DNA of 64,000 nucleotides, taken from positions 3,143-67,142 of the forward strand of contig CAIQBE010000020.1 in NCBI GenBank assembly GCA_903870015.1. Reading direction: 5' to 3'. The stretch's first letter is position 1, and each line of letters starts with the position of its first letter. The DNA comes from an uncultured Thiotrichales bacterium (GTDB lineage Bacteria > Pseudomonadota > Gammaproteobacteria > Francisellales > CACEW01). This document shows, piece after piece, positions 1 to 10,699 of the stretch. The notes beneath the pieces are model-generated. The model was not told the origin of the DNA, did not search any database, and worked only from the letters and a program-made list of their open reading frames with translations. The translations under genes and the position numbers were made by a program.

Positions 1-1
1 C

Positions 2-880
2 CTCGTTGGCACACACACAAGCCCTCTTGTCGCTGAAACCTTAAGCGATGCTGTGCAAACGCTCGAAGTTTGGGGCTTAAAATGTCTTATTGAAAAAGAA
101 TCAGCCAAGGCGATGCATAATCTTTCCTACAACATTGCCAGCATGGATGAAGTGGCAGAAAAATCCGATTTAATTTTGGCGGTGGGTGGTGATGGAAATT
201 TACTACAGGCAGCGCGTATTGCCTCCCTGTATGGCGTGCCCGTTGTCGGCATTAATCGCGGGCAACTGGGTTATTTGACTGACTTATCCCCTGAAGATTT
301 CAAAGTGCATTTACGCAAAATCTTAGAAGGCGAATTTATTGAAGAACAACGCTTTTTATTGACTGGTAAAGTCATTGGCATTGACGGCAAAAAGAAAAAA
401 GAACTCAAAAATAATGCCCTCAATGACATCGTGCTCTTCCCTGGCGAAATCGCGCAATTGATCGAATTTGAACTGCGCATCGATGGGCAATTTGTCTATA
501 GCCAACGATCTGATGGCTTAATTATCTCAACGCCAACGGGATCAACGGCCTATGCGCTATCCGCCGGTGGGCCAATTATTGCGCCCTCACTTAATGTTTT
601 ATTATTAGTGCCAAAATTACCGCACACGTTGAGCAACCGGCCGGTCGTGATTAATGCCGACAGTATTATCGAAATCAGCTTATCACCCAATAACAAAACC
701 GCAGCACGCTTAAGCTATGATGGCCAAAACCACGTCACGCTTGAGTTAGGCGATATCATCCAAATTGAACGTCAAGAGAAATTATTAAAACTCCTCCACC
801 CTGCGCATTATGATTACTATGAAATCTGGCGTGAAAAACTCGGCTGGGGTAAGCAATTGATCAAAGTCGGGGCGCGTTAA
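2..880 (+). CDS. nadK: NAD kinase, 5' end cut by window edge
   Basis: Frame is open from nt 2, and the GTG at 53 is probably internal. GGDG motif (LAVGGDGNLL) and STPTGSTAYALSAGGPI signature. Confidence 0.9.
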   Translation, partial: LVGTHTSPLVAETLSDAVQTLEVWGLKCLIEKESAKAMHNLSYNIASMDEVAEKSDLILAVGGDGNLLQAARIASLYGVPVVGINRGQLGYLTDLSPEDFKVHLRKILEGEFIEEQRFLLTGKVIGIDGKKKKELKNNALNDIVLFPGEIAQLIEFELRIDGQFVYSQRSDGLIISTPTGSTAYALSAGGPIIAPSLNVLLLVPKLPHTLSNRPVVINADSIIEISLSPNNKTAARLSYDGQNHVTLELGDIIQIERQEKLLKLLHPAHYDYYEIWREKLGWGKQLIKVGAR

Positions 881-898
881 TAACCGCAAGGCTGAGAC

Positions 899-1237
899 TC
901 ATTTCACTTCAGTTTCTAAAAGTAGCTGAACTGCATTTTTTAACGCGGGCATAAAATCCTGAATCACGCCCCACACTTCGGCAGGATCAACACCATCGTA
1001 TTGGTGAATCAAAACATCACGAAAGCCAGCAATGCTTTTCCAAGGTACATTGGGTGTTTTTGCTTTGATAGATTCGGGCACTCTTTTGCTAGCCTCACCA
1101 ATAATTTCAAAATTACGATAAATAGCATCTTGCACCTGAATATTTTTCAAAAAGACTTGCTCACCGCCTTCAGAATAAAGCTCAATGCGATGAATACACG
1201 CAAGAATATGCTCAAGGTACAGGCGATTACTTTTCAT
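899..1237 (-). CDS. hepT: HepT-like HEPN (DUF86) toxin of a type VII TA pair
   Basis: 112 aa. R-x4-H HEPN motif (RDVLIHQY). 4-nt overlap with the upstream nucleotidyltransferase gene. Confidence 0.8.
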   Translation of the reverse strand: MKSNRLYLEHILACIHRIELYSEGGEQVFLKNIQVQDAIYRNFEIIGEASKRVPESIKAKTPNVPWKSIAGFRDVLIHQYDGVDPAEVWGVIQDFMPALKNAVQLLLETEVK

Positions 1238-1560
1238 AAAGGTTTTGCGGACTCCAAGACCTGATCGCGAATAAGTGGGTGGAGTGTTTTCTCAACGACA
1301 AGATCAACTTTTTGATGCAAGAGATCCTCTAAAGAAGATTTCAGCTGAATACGATCCAATAAGTTATGCTTCGTTGGCCAGGTAATCAAAAAATCAATAT
1401 CGCTTTTTGAGTGCGCAACCCCGCTCACGGTTGAGCCAAATACACGCGGATTCGTCACCCCATATTGCTTAAAAATATTCAGAATCTCTGCTTTATGATT
1501 CAGTAACTCTTGGTATTGCATAAGGCTCTTGAAAAGATTTCTATGTGTCCATTTTAGCAC
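1234..1560 (-). CDS. mntA: MntA-like minimal nucleotidyltransferase antitoxin
   Basis: 108 aa. GS-x-SG...SDIDFLI nucleotidyltransferase motif. Overlaps hepT. The start may instead be the internal Met (MQYQELL). Confidence 0.8.
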   Translation of the reverse strand: MLKWTHRNLFKSLMQYQELLNHKAEILNIFKQYGVTNPRVFGSTVSGVAHSKSDIDFLITWPTKHNLLDRIQLKSSLEDLLHQKVDLVVEKTLHPLIRDQVLESAKPL

Positions 1561-1653
1561 AAATAATAGAAAAAGACAGCCTCAAGCTGCTTGCGCAAAC
1601 ACCAATACTTGCGTAATATAACGGCCTATATGCAAATTCATACTGATTGATTC

Positions 1654-4188
1654 ATGAGCCCATCTTATATCGTCACTAAATTCGGCGGCAAAAGCGTTTC
1701 GGAATTGCGTTGCTGGCAGACCATTAATGCCATCACTAAGGCACATCTACAACAAGGCCTACGCCCCGTCATTATTTGCTCTGCGGTTAGTGGCATTACG
1801 GATTTATTAGAACAACTTTTAGTGGTAGCGCTAAAGCATCAACACACCCCTATTTTAACAAAAATCAGCGAACGCCATCAAAAATTAGCAGCGGATCTTG
1901 ATGTCAGCATGAATGAGGTGAATACAGATCTTGCTGAATTAAGCCTGCTGGCTAATAAAATCAGTGCGGATGCTACAGCTAGCCCACAAACACGCGCTGA
2001 AGTCCTAGCCTTTGGCGAACGCTTATCCACACGCTTAGGCGCTGCTTTTCTCAAAAAACACGGCATGAATATTGCCTGGCATGACAGTCGCCAATTATTA
2101 ATCTCGTGCCAAGATCCGCATGCCAATGAATCCAGCAGCTACTTATCGGCACGTTGTGACTGTGAGAAAGATAACGAATTATTACAAAAGTTAAATGCAG
2201 AAAAAGCAGCCATCATCATCACCCAAGGCTTTGTTGCTGCCAATATCCAAGGGGAAACCGTGATTTTAGGCCGTGGTGGCTCGGATACTTCTGGTGCGTA
2301 TTTTGCGGCAAAATTAAATGCCGTCAAATGCGAAATCTGGACCGATGTTCCTGGCATCTATACCGCCAACCCCCATCAAGTGCCCGAAGCGCAATTACTG
2401 CATTCGCTCGATTATGATGAAGCCCAAGAAATCGCCGCCATGGGCGCAAAAGTATTGCACCCGCGCGCGATTCTCCCCGTCAAATATCATCGCATCCCAC
2501 TTTACATTGCCAATACCTTTGACCCAAATCATCCTGGCACTTTGATCTCAAGCAACGGCTCACAATCAAGCGGTGAAATCAAAGCGATTCTAACTCGCAC
2601 GAGCCTCACCTTGATTTCGATCGAAACCCTCGACATGTGGCAACAAGTCGGCTTCTTGGCGGATGTCTTTGCGGCGTTTAAACGCCACGGCTTATCCATC
2701 GACTTGATTTCAACATCCGAGGCCAACGTCACCGTATCGCTTGATCTCAAAGCCAGCGCACAAGAGATGCATGTTGTCGATGCGCTCTTAACCGACTTAA
2801 ACACTTTTTGCAAAGCCAAAGCCATCGGCCCTTGTGCTTCAATTAGCTTAGTCGGACGCAATATTCGCGGTATTTTTCATAAATTAGGCGAAGCCTTTAC
2901 TGTCTTTGAAAAACACAATATCCATTTAATCTCACAAGCCGCAAATGACCTAAACCTCACTTTTGTTGTTGATGAAGATGAAGTCGAAAGCTTAGTCACA
3001 GAGCTACATCAATTATTATTCGCCGATATCAATCTCAAAAAACCCGTCAACATCAAAGAGCGCTGGTGGCATCCAAAGCAACAGGCATTGCTGAGTCTTG
3101 CCCAAAGCAAAACCCCGCTCTATGTCTATGATGCAGCGACTTTAGGCAACAACGTCAATAAATTAAAAAATCTAAAAGCGATTGATCAAGTATTTTTTGC
3201 CATGAAGGCCAATAATAACCAGGATATTTTGAAGCAATTTTATGCCGCAGGATTAGGCTTTGAATGCGTATCAATCCAAGAACTCGAGTTTATTTTTACG
3301 CTCTTTCCTGAGATTAGTCCACAAAAAATTATCTTCACGCCAAATTTTGCACCGCGCGCAGAATATAAGGCGGCGCTGAATTTTAACGTCAATGTCACGA
3401 TCGATAATCTCTACCCCATCGAACATTGGCCCGAATTATTTAAAGATAAAAAAATCATTGCCCGCATCGACCCAGGCCAAGGCTATGGCCATCATAAGCA
3501 TGTCTGCACGGCTGGCAGTATTTCTAAATTCGGCATCCCCATGAGCCAATTTGAACAACTGCTCACACTCACAAAGCAACATCATATCGAAGTCGTAGGG
3601 CTACATGCTCATACCGGCAGCGGGATTTTGACACCACAGATTTGGCAACAGACGGCACAATTTTTAATTGGGTTAAGCACTCACTTCCCAAAACTACGCC
3701 AAATCAATATCGGTGGCGGATTAGGTATTCCAGAAAAACCACATCAGCATGACTTAGATTTGGCAACGCTCGATGAACTGCTCTTAGAAGTCAAAACCCA
3801 AGCGCCACAACTCGAGTTCTGGCTTGAGCCCGGGCGCTTTTTAGTGGCACAAGCTGGCGTGCTTTTAAGCCGCGTTACCCAAATCAAAACCAAAGACGAT
3901 GTGCATTTTATTGGCGTCGACACTGGCATGAATTCACTCATTCGCCCTGCGCTATATGGCTCCTATCATTTTGTTGCCAACCTAAGCCATATTGATGCCC
4001 CCGGCACACAAACCGCCAATATCGTTGGCCCTATTTGCGAAAGTGGCGATACGCTTGCCTTCTCACGCCTGCTGCCAGAGACACAAGAAAATGATATCAT
4101 TCTGATTGATAATGCTGGCGCCTATGGACATGTGATGGGATCAGATTACAATATGCGCGCACCGGCAGAAGAAATTTATTTACATTAA
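1654..4188 (+). CDS. lysA: Bifunctional aspartokinase / diaminopimelate decarboxylase fusion
   Basis: 844 aa. N-terminal half has the aspartokinase motif (KFGGKS) and an ACT-like region. C-terminal half has LysA motifs (FFAMKANN PLP lysine, GGGLGIP, EPGRFLVA, CESGD). Confidence 0.88.
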   Translation: MSPSYIVTKFGGKSVSELRCWQTINAITKAHLQQGLRPVIICSAVSGITDLLEQLLVVALKHQHTPILTKISERHQKLAADLDVSMNEVNTDLAELSLLANKISADATASPQTRAEVLAFGERLSTRLGAAFLKKHGMNIAWHDSRQLLISCQDPHANESSSYLSARCDCEKDNELLQKLNAEKAAIIITQGFVAANIQGETVILGRGGSDTSGAYFAAKLNAVKCEIWTDVPGIYTANPHQVPEAQLLHSLDYDEAQEIAAMGAKVLHPRAILPVKYHRIPLYIANTFDPNHPGTLISSNGSQSSGEIKAILTRTSLTLISIETLDMWQQVGFLADVFAAFKRHGLSIDLISTSEANVTVSLDLKASAQEMHVVDALLTDLNTFCKAKAIGPCASISLVGRNIRGIFHKLGEAFTVFEKHNIHLISQAANDLNLTFVVDEDEVESLVTELHQLLFADINLKKPVNIKERWWHPKQQALLSLAQSKTPLYVYDAATLGNNVNKLKNLKAIDQVFFAMKANNNQDILKQFYAAGLGFECVSIQELEFIFTLFPEISPQKIIFTPNFAPRAEYKAALNFNVNVTIDNLYPIEHWPELFKDKKIIARIDPGQGYGHHKHVCTAGSISKFGIPMSQFEQLLTLTKQHHIEVVGLHAHTGSGILTPQIWQQTAQFLIGLSTHFPKLRQINIGGGLGIPEKPHQHDLDLATLDELLLEVKTQAPQLEFWLEPGRFLVAQAGVLLSRVTQIKTKDDVHFIGVDTGMNSLIRPALYGSYHFVANLSHIDAPGTQTANIVGPICESGDTLAFSRLLPETQENDIILIDNAGAYGHVMGSDYNMRAPAEEIYLH

Positions 4189-4205
4189 AACACCGAGAAG
4201 TCGCT

Positions 4206-5873
4206 ATGCTACAAGAACTACTCATCCGCAACTTTACGATTATTGATAAAATTTCCGTGAGCTTCCATGAGGGCCTCAATGTCATCACAGGTGAAACTGG
4301 CGCGGGCAAATCGATTTTACTAGATGCCTTAAACTTTGTCTTAGGCGGCCGTTTTGATGGCAAAATTATTCGTACCAATGCGCCTGAATGTGAAGTCACC
4401 GCTGTATTTACCCTAAAACAAGACCAAGAGCTCGCAGCCTTTACCGAAGAAACCGGCATCGAATTTGAGAATGGCGAATGCTATCTCAAGCGTATCTTAA
4501 GCAAAGAAGGCCGCTCGCGCGCATTTATTAACGATAGCCCTGTTACTTTACAAAAGCTCAAACAACTAGGCTTATACTTAGTGCAATTCTACGGCCAGCA
4601 CGAACATCAAACTTTATTAAAAACCGAAACCCAATTGGCCTTAGTCGATCGCTATGGTAAACACGATGCGCAACTAGATAACGTTGGCACACTCTTTAGC
4701 AGCCACCAAGATATCTGCATGCGCCTAAAAGAACTAAAAGACGCCGCGAGCAAAAGCGCAGATAACAACAAACTATTGGAATATCAACTCGCTGAATTAG
4801 ATGCATTAAATCTCGAAGCCGGTGAACTCAATCAACTTTATGAAGAACAAAAACAACTCTCTAATGCACAGGAGCTCTTAAGCAAAAGCGGCTTTGTCAT
4901 TAACATGCTACGCGACAATGAGCCTTCAGTCTTAGGCGAATTAAAAGGCGCTCACAAAGAGCTGGAGCATTTAACCCAATTTAGCAAAAGCCTAGGTAAT
5001 GCCAATACGCTACTTAATGAAGCCTATACGTTGATTGAAGAAGCGGTCATGGATATCAAAGATTTTCATGAACATCTTGAACTTGACCCTGAAAAACTAA
5101 AAGACATCGAAAACCGCATCGATGCCTTGCACCTCGGGGCACGCAAACATCATGTCCAGCCCGAGCAATTATTTGAACATTACCAGGCACTTAAAAACTC
5201 ACAAAATCAAAATCTCAATCTTGACGCTGATATCAAAAAACTAGAGCAACAACAGCTACAAGCCGAAACCGATTATCTCAAGGCCGCCAAAGAATTAAGC
5301 CAGCTTCGGGCAAAAACCACAGCAACCTTAAGCACCAAGGTCAATCAATACATCCATAAACTCGGCATGCCCCAGGGCAAATTTGCGATTAATCTAGAAA
5401 CTAAAGAAATTATGCAAGCTAATGGCATGGACCATATTGAATTTCGCGCCCAACTAAATCCCGGCCAAGCCGAAGCCTCGATGAGCGACGTCGCCTCAGG
5501 CGGCGAGCTATCCCGGATTGGCCTAGCCATCGCCCTACTGACAGGTGAAACTTCGTTAGTCCCAACCTTAATTTTTGACGAAGTCGATGTCGGCGTCAGC
5601 GGCGCTGTGGCTGAAATGATCGGCCAATTATTGCGCGATCTTGGCAAAAAAATGCAAGTAGTCTCGGTCACCCATCTAGCTCAAGTCGCGGTCTACGCTC
5701 ATCAACATCTATTAGTAGAAAAGCATCAAAGCAAGGATTCCACCAACACTTCCGCCACACCCTTGGATTTAGAAGGCCGTGCCAAGGCACTGGCACAAAT
5801 TCTAAGCGGACAAGAAGTGACAAAAGACGCTTTAAAGCATGCACAAGAATGGCTAAAGAAAGTCGCGACTTAA
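4206..5873 (+). CDS. recN: DNA repair protein RecN
   Basis: 555 aa. Walker A GETGAGKS, long coiled-coil middle, SGGELSR signature and FDEVD Walker B. Confidence 0.93.
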   Translation: MLQELLIRNFTIIDKISVSFHEGLNVITGETGAGKSILLDALNFVLGGRFDGKIIRTNAPECEVTAVFTLKQDQELAAFTEETGIEFENGECYLKRILSKEGRSRAFINDSPVTLQKLKQLGLYLVQFYGQHEHQTLLKTETQLALVDRYGKHDAQLDNVGTLFSSHQDICMRLKELKDAASKSADNNKLLEYQLAELDALNLEAGELNQLYEEQKQLSNAQELLSKSGFVINMLRDNEPSVLGELKGAHKELEHLTQFSKSLGNANTLLNEAYTLIEEAVMDIKDFHEHLELDPEKLKDIENRIDALHLGARKHHVQPEQLFEHYQALKNSQNQNLNLDADIKKLEQQQLQAETDYLKAAKELSQLRAKTTATLSTKVNQYIHKLGMPQGKFAINLETKEIMQANGMDHIEFRAQLNPGQAEASMSDVASGGELSRIGLAIALLTGETSLVPTLIFDEVDVGVSGAVAEMIGQLLRDLGKKMQVVSVTHLAQVAVYAHQHLLVEKHQSKDSTNTSATPLDLEGRAKALAQILSGQEVTKDALKHAQEWLKKVAT

Positions 5874-5954
5874 AAAGCAATCCCAAAACCCTCACGCAGA
5901 TGAACTTCACATAACTTTATGTTATTATTTGAATGTTAATAAACAGGTAGGCTT

Positions 5955-7883
5955 ATGAAAAACGATACGTTACGAACGATAGTGCTTTGGACTGCGGTGA
6001 TTACCGTGTTATTTTTTCTGTTTAACAATTTAAACGGCGATAAAACGCAAGACGCGCAAAAAATGGATTACTCCACTTTTGTCCAAGGAATTAATGGCGG
6101 CCAAATCAAAGATGTCACTATCAATGGCTTAACCTTGACGGGTGATACGGTCGATAACAATCATTTTGTCACCTACATGCCCTGGGTAGACCCCTTCTTG
6201 ACCGATCGGATGATTGATCATAATGTGGATGTCAAAGTCACCCCGATCGAAGAGCCTAATTTCTTAGTTAAATTCTTTCTTAGCTATATTTTACCAGTAC
6301 TGATCTTTGTGGGCATCTGGTATATCTTTATGCGGCAAATGAGCGGCGGCAAAGGCGGTGCCTTTTCTTTCGGTAAAAGCCGCGCCAAGCTTTTGGGTGA
6401 AGATCAAGTCAAAGTCACCCTCGCTGATGTGGCAGGAATTGATGAAGCCAAAGAAGAAGTCGGCGAGATCGTAGACTTCTTAAAAGATCCAAAGCGCTAT
6501 CAAGAAATCGGCGGCAAAATCCCTCATGGCGTACTGATGATTGGCCCACCAGGGACGGGTAAAACCTTACTTGCACGGGCGATTGCTGGCGAAGCCAAAG
6601 TACCTTATTTTTCTATTTCTGGCTCTGACTTCGTCGAAATGTTTGTCGGGGTTGGCGCCTCACGTGTCCGCGACATGTTTGAACAAGCCAAAAAGCGCGC
6701 GCCCTGCATTATCTTTATCGATGAAATCGATGCCGTTGGCCGCCATCGCGGCACTGGCATGGGCGGTGGTCATGATGAACGCGAACAAACCCTAAACCAA
6801 TTATTGGTGGAAATGGACGGCTTTGCTGAAAACCAAGGCGTGATCGTCATCGCCGCCACCAACCGCCCTGACGTGCTTGACCCCGCATTATTGCGCCCAG
6901 GTCGCTTTGACCGTCAGGTGACTGTCGGCTTGCCTGATCTTAAAGGTCGCGAACAAATCCTCAAGGTTCATATTCGCAAAATCACCACGAGCGATGATGT
7001 TAAAATCGAGTTCATCGCCCGCGGCACCCCAGGATTTTCAGGGGCTGATCTTGCTAACTTAATTAACGAAGCCGCACTCTTGGCTGCACGCCGTCGCAAG
7101 AAAAAAGTCGATATGTCTGATTTTGAAGAAGCCAAAGATAAGATCCTCATGGGCACCGAACGCCGGTCATTGGCCATGACCGTTGAAGAGAAAAAACTCA
7201 CGGCTTATCATGAATCCGGCCACGCCATTATCGGCCGCTTGGTGCCTGATCATGACCCCGTCTACAAAGTAACGATTATCCCCCGTGGCCGCGCTTTGGG
7301 CGTTACCATGTACTTACCTGAGCAAGATCGCGTGAGCTATAGCAAACAACGCTTAGAGAGCCAACTCTCCAGCCTTTACGGCGGTCGCTTGGCAGAAGAG
7401 CTGATCTTTGGCAAACATAAAGTCACAACGGGGGCCTCTAACGACATCCAAAGAGCCACCGAAATCGCGCGCAGCATGGTCACCAAATGGGGATTATCAG
7501 AGCGCCTAGGCCCACTCAAATACGGCGAAGATCACGACCAACCCTTCCTCGGCCAATCCATGGGCATGGGCGGCGGCCAAAGAGAATTCTCAGACTCAAC
7601 CGCAAAAATCATCGACGAAGAAGTGCGTAAAGTTATCGAAGACAATTACAATCGCGCCAAACAATTATTGGCCGACAATGTTGATATTTTACACTCGATG
7701 GCTGAAGCCCTAATGAAATACGAAACCCTAGACGCCAGCCAGGTCGACGCCCTAATGGCCCGTCAACCGGTATCAGACCCTCCAGGCTGGAACAGCGACG
7801 AAACCCCAAAAACGCCAACAGCAACTGAGACAGATAAAGACAAAGCCGCAAGCACAACAAAACTGCAACAGTCGTCGACCTGA
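5955..7883 (+). CDS. ftsH: ATP-dependent zinc metalloprotease FtsH
   Basis: 642 aa. Two N-terminal TM segments, Walker [17 protein letters not shown], zinc motif HESGH. Confidence 0.96.
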   Translation: MKNDTLRTIVLWTAVITVLFFLFNNLNGDKTQDAQKMDYSTFVQGINGGQIKDVTINGLTLTGDTVDNNHFVTYMPWVDPFLTDRMIDHNVDVKVTPIEEPNFLVKFFLSYILPVLIFVGIWYIFMRQMSGGKGGAFSFGKSRAKLLGEDQVKVTLADVAGIDEAKEEVGEIVDFLKDPKRYQEIGGKIPHGVLMIGPPGTGKTLLARAIAGEAKVPYFSISGSDFVEMFVGVGASRVRDMFEQAKKRAPCIIFIDEIDAVGRHRGTGMGGGHDEREQTLNQLLVEMDGFAENQGVIVIAATNRPDVLDPALLRPGRFDRQVTVGLPDLKGREQILKVHIRKITTSDDVKIEFIARGTPGFSGADLANLINEAALLAARRRKKKVDMSDFEEAKDKILMGTERRSLAMTVEEKKLTAYHESGHAIIGRLVPDHDPVYKVTIIPRGRALGVTMYLPEQDRVSYSKQRLESQLSSLYGGRLAEELIFGKHKVTTGASNDIQRATEIARSMVTKWGLSERLGPLKYGEDHDQPFLGQSMGMGGGQREFSDSTAKIIDEEVRKVIEDNYNRAKQLLADNVDILHSMAEALMKYETLDASQVDALMARQPVSDPPGWNSDETPKTPTATETDKDKAASTTKLQQSST

Positions 7884-7903
7884 GCTGTACATAACGGCCT
7901 AAA

Positions 7904-7937
7904 AAATTCGCCGTCCTGATCCCCAAGAAACCCTTGG
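7904..7937. terminator. Hairpin between convergent ftsH and the lipoprotein gene (candidate bidirectional terminator)
   Basis: TCCTGA-t-CCCCAAG / loop aaacc / CTTGGGG-cg-TCAGGA. 7-bp inner stem plus 6-bp outer stem, read directly from the sequence. No clear U-tract. Confidence 0.5.
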
Positions 7938-7979
7938 GGCGTCAGGATCCAAGACTCAATTAACCTTCCTGCTTGAAAA

Positions 7980-9374
7980 TTAAAGCAACTGCAAACAAAG
8001 AGATTGCTGGGTCTGCAGATTTACCCATACCAAAGCGATTTTGCCACGAGCCACTTTAATTGAGCAACCCGCCACAACTACGTGAGCCTTATCTTGCACC
8101 TTAATGGCATGACTACCAGCAGGCAACTCAAGCTTTGCCAACTGAATATCATTTGGCAAAGTAGACCAAGAGCGTAAATCTGCCGGAGTAACACGAGGAT
8201 ACTCATCATAACGCACCTGATTCCGTGCATCAAAACGCTGCGGGGTATCTTCTTTAGTCTTTGATAACGCCACAACATCAGACCTAATATCTGACACCTG
8301 TGAGGCCACTTGCATATCTGCCGTACTAAGATACAACATATAGCGCTCTCGCAAAGAAGCAGCAGCCAAATCTCCAATATTTAAAAGCGGCACAAAATCA
8401 GAACGCACACCGCTAGCAGCAACACTAAAATTACCTAATGCTGGCATAGATTTCACATAAATAGGCATACTAAAAATCGCGCGCAAATTATAAGAATGGC
8501 CCGCCACCCATACTGAAGTATAAAAAGTGTAGTTTTTTTGCTGACGCAGAGGCACAAAACCTTGCTCTAACAAGACCCATACTTGTGAGTTACGCGCATG
8601 AGCATCGGGAAGCTTTGTCATCATAAACTGCCTCATAGCAACAGGAGAATGTGCCTGAGCTCGCTGTAACTCTTGCTGAGCAGTACTAAAATCACCTGTA
8701 TTAAAAAAAACAAAACTGGCAATTAAATCGATCAAACCATTTTGAATGGACCAGCTAACAGAGGCAGGTTTATAGGTATTAGCGATCAAATTTTGATACG
8801 ATGGCCCATCATGAAGAATCGAATCCTCATCAAAATCTTGATTCATTTTATTAATGTCATTCAGATAATTTGCATCCAAATAATCCTCCAAAGCATTGAC
8901 CTGACGGAAAACAACCAATGATGTCTGAACATTACCAGTAGCGAGATAGGAAAACGCATCATTCTGATAGGCTAAAATCAACTCATAAGGCGGAATTTGA
9001 TAGGGGCGCGCACTACCATCGTAAAGCCCCCCAGAAAAGAACATCGCAAAAAACCCCTGATGATCGCCACGCAGCATAGATTGGGTAGCAGAACCTACCA
9101 CTCTATCATAGAGACTGATACTACTGGGATAATCCCCTTGTAACTGAAGTAAACGAGCAGTCTCCAAACTATATAATTGCCAATCATCGCTTTTCAACGC
9201 AGGTTGCAACGCCTGCACAGCAGCCCCCTCATTACCCTGCTGAGTAACCTGACGAATAGGCTTCATTTGCTGAGGATAAGGAGCATACATACTAGGAATA
9301 TGAGAGCAGCCAACCAACAACATAACCGATGCCATCGCCACAGCCACAGCCAACTGCCTTTTCAGTGCTCGCAT
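7980..9374 (-). CDS. Hypothetical lipoprotein (464 aa)
   Basis: Signal peptide with lipobox LLVGC-S. No catalytic motif recognised. Helical/TPR-like N-terminal half by eye. Confidence 0.6.
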   Translation of the reverse strand: MRALKRQLAVAVAMASVMLLVGCSHIPSMYAPYPQQMKPIRQVTQQGNEGAAVQALQPALKSDDWQLYSLETARLLQLQGDYPSSISLYDRVVGSATQSMLRGDHQGFFAMFFSGGLYDGSARPYQIPPYELILAYQNDAFSYLATGNVQTSLVVFRQVNALEDYLDANYLNDINKMNQDFDEDSILHDGPSYQNLIANTYKPASVSWSIQNGLIDLIASFVFFNTGDFSTAQQELQRAQAHSPVAMRQFMMTKLPDAHARNSQVWVLLEQGFVPLRQQKNYTFYTSVWVAGHSYNLRAIFSMPIYVKSMPALGNFSVAASGVRSDFVPLLNIGDLAAASLRERYMLYLSTADMQVASQVSDIRSDVVALSKTKEDTPQRFDARNQVRYDEYPRVTPADLRSWSTLPNDIQLAKLELPAGSHAIKVQDKAHVVVAGCSIKVARGKIALVWVNLQTQQSLCLQLL

Positions 9375-9483
9375 TACACCCTCTAATTTTTATTAGTTGT
9401 AATGATTATAATGGACCCAATACACTTATAAAAGCAAACAATGATACATGGGCTTTAAGAATCAATTTTCTTAAATTTTAAAC

Positions 9484-9515
9484 AAAAAAAAGAGCCTCAA
9501 AGGGCCCTTTTTTAT
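9484..9515 (-). terminator. Intrinsic terminator downstream of rpsT
   Basis: Minus-strand RNA reads AGGGCC-CUUUGA-GGCUCU followed by U8. The plus strand has the reciprocal A-tract. Confidence 0.6.
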
Positions 9516-9531
9516 AACCAAAATAACGATA

Positions 9532-9795
9532 TTACTTCAATTCTTTAATCTGAGCCGCTAAACGACTTTTATGGCGATTGGCTTTATTTTTGTGAATAAT
9601 GCCTTTATGTGCATAACGATCCAACACTTTTTGCATTTCGTTAAAAGCAGTCTCAGCAGCGGTTTTGCCGCCCTCTTTGATGGCTTTTAAAGTCTTTTTA
9701 ATGTAGGTACGCATCATTGAGCGCATTGCTACGTTGTGTTGACGCTGCGCTTCGGACTGAATCGCGCGTTTTTTTGCAGATTTAATATTTGCCAC
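9532..9795 (-). CDS. rpsT: 30S ribosomal protein S20
   Basis: 87 aa starting [11 protein letters not shown], highly basic. Typical S20. Confidence 0.95.
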   Translation of the reverse strand: MANIKSAKKRAIQSEAQRQHNVAMRSMMRTYIKKTLKAIKEGGKTAAETAFNEMQKVLDRYAHKGIIHKNKANRHKSRLAAQIKELK

Positions 9796-9814
9796 TTAAA
9801 AACTCCAGTTAAAG

Positions 9815-10387
9815 TTAATCTTTCTTTTCAGAACCCGGAATTGTGAACCTTTTTGGGCGAAAAGTCAAGCGCTTCTTGTATCGGCTCTCTTTTTTAAGCA
9901 GAGGGTAGAACATTTCCAAGGCTTTACGATAAACATGACGCTTAAATGCAATGACCTGATTTAAAGGGTACCAAAACTCAACCCAGCGCCAATCATCAAA
10001 TTCAGGACTAGAAGTCGCATTTAAATTGATCTTAGTATCAGCCCCACGCAAACGCAGCAAAAACCACTTTTGCTTTTGACCAATATAAGTAGAATCAGTC
10101 TTACGCAACAACATTTCCGGCAAACGATACTTAAACCAACTTTTGGTCGACGCCACCACTTCAACATCAGTTGGCCGCAAACCCACCTCTTCCCAAAGCT
10201 CCCGATACAAAGCTGACAGGGACGAATCACCATCATTTAAGCCCCCCTGAGGGAACTGCCACGATGTCTGGCGAATACGCCGCGCCCATAAAACCTTCTG
10301 CTGCTTAGGATGCAACAAGATAATGCCTACATTAGCGCGGTATCCTTCTTCATCAATCACCTTTAAAAACCATAAATTATTTATCAT
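9815..10387 (-). CDS. rppH: RNA pyrophosphohydrolase (Nudix)
   Basis: Nudix box GGLNDGDSSLSALYRELWEEVGL. GYRANVGII N-terminus as in RppH. The true start may lie a few codons downstream. Confidence 0.85.
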   Translation of the reverse strand: MINNLWFLKVIDEEGYRANVGIILLHPKQQKVLWARRIRQTSWQFPQGGLNDGDSSLSALYRELWEEVGLRPTDVEVVASTKSWFKYRLPEMLLRKTDSTYIGQKQKWFLLRLRGADTKINLNATSSPEFDDWRWVEFWYPLNQVIAFKRHVYRKALEMFYPLLKKESRYKKRLTFRPKRFTIPGSEKKD

Positions 10388-10489
10388 AGAATAGCTTATT
10401 TTTACTCACATTGCACGAAATCATCGTCATGAATCATTTTTTAAAAAAAGTATGCTAGAATGACGAGACAGAAAATACGAAAATAAATC

Positions 10490-10699
10490 ATGTCAACCAA
10501 AGAAAAAAACTTTAGCTTCGAAGAAGCCCTGGCGCGCATAGAACTGATCAATACTCACCTTGAGGGCGGGGCACTGACTCTAGATGACTCAATCAAACTT
10601 TACGAAGAAGGCGTCAAATTAGTCCGCCTATGTCAAAAAACCCTAAGCACGGCCGAACAAAAAATCACTTTATTAAGCCAAAATCATGAGTCCACTTAA
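10490..10699 (+). CDS. xseB: Exodeoxyribonuclease VII small subunit
   Basis: 69 aa. FEEAL...LE.G.L.LDDS..LYEEG pattern. Overlaps ispA, as in the xseB-ispA operon. Confidence 0.88.
   Translation: MSTKEKNFSFEEALARIELINTHLEGGALTLDDSIKLYEEGVKLVRLCQKTLSTAEQKITLLSQNHEST

Noticed and set aside
9498-9511. Perfect palindrome AAAGGGCCCTTT as a possible protein-binding or restriction-related site
   Set aside because: It is better explained as part of the rpsT intrinsic terminator stem followed by a U-tract.
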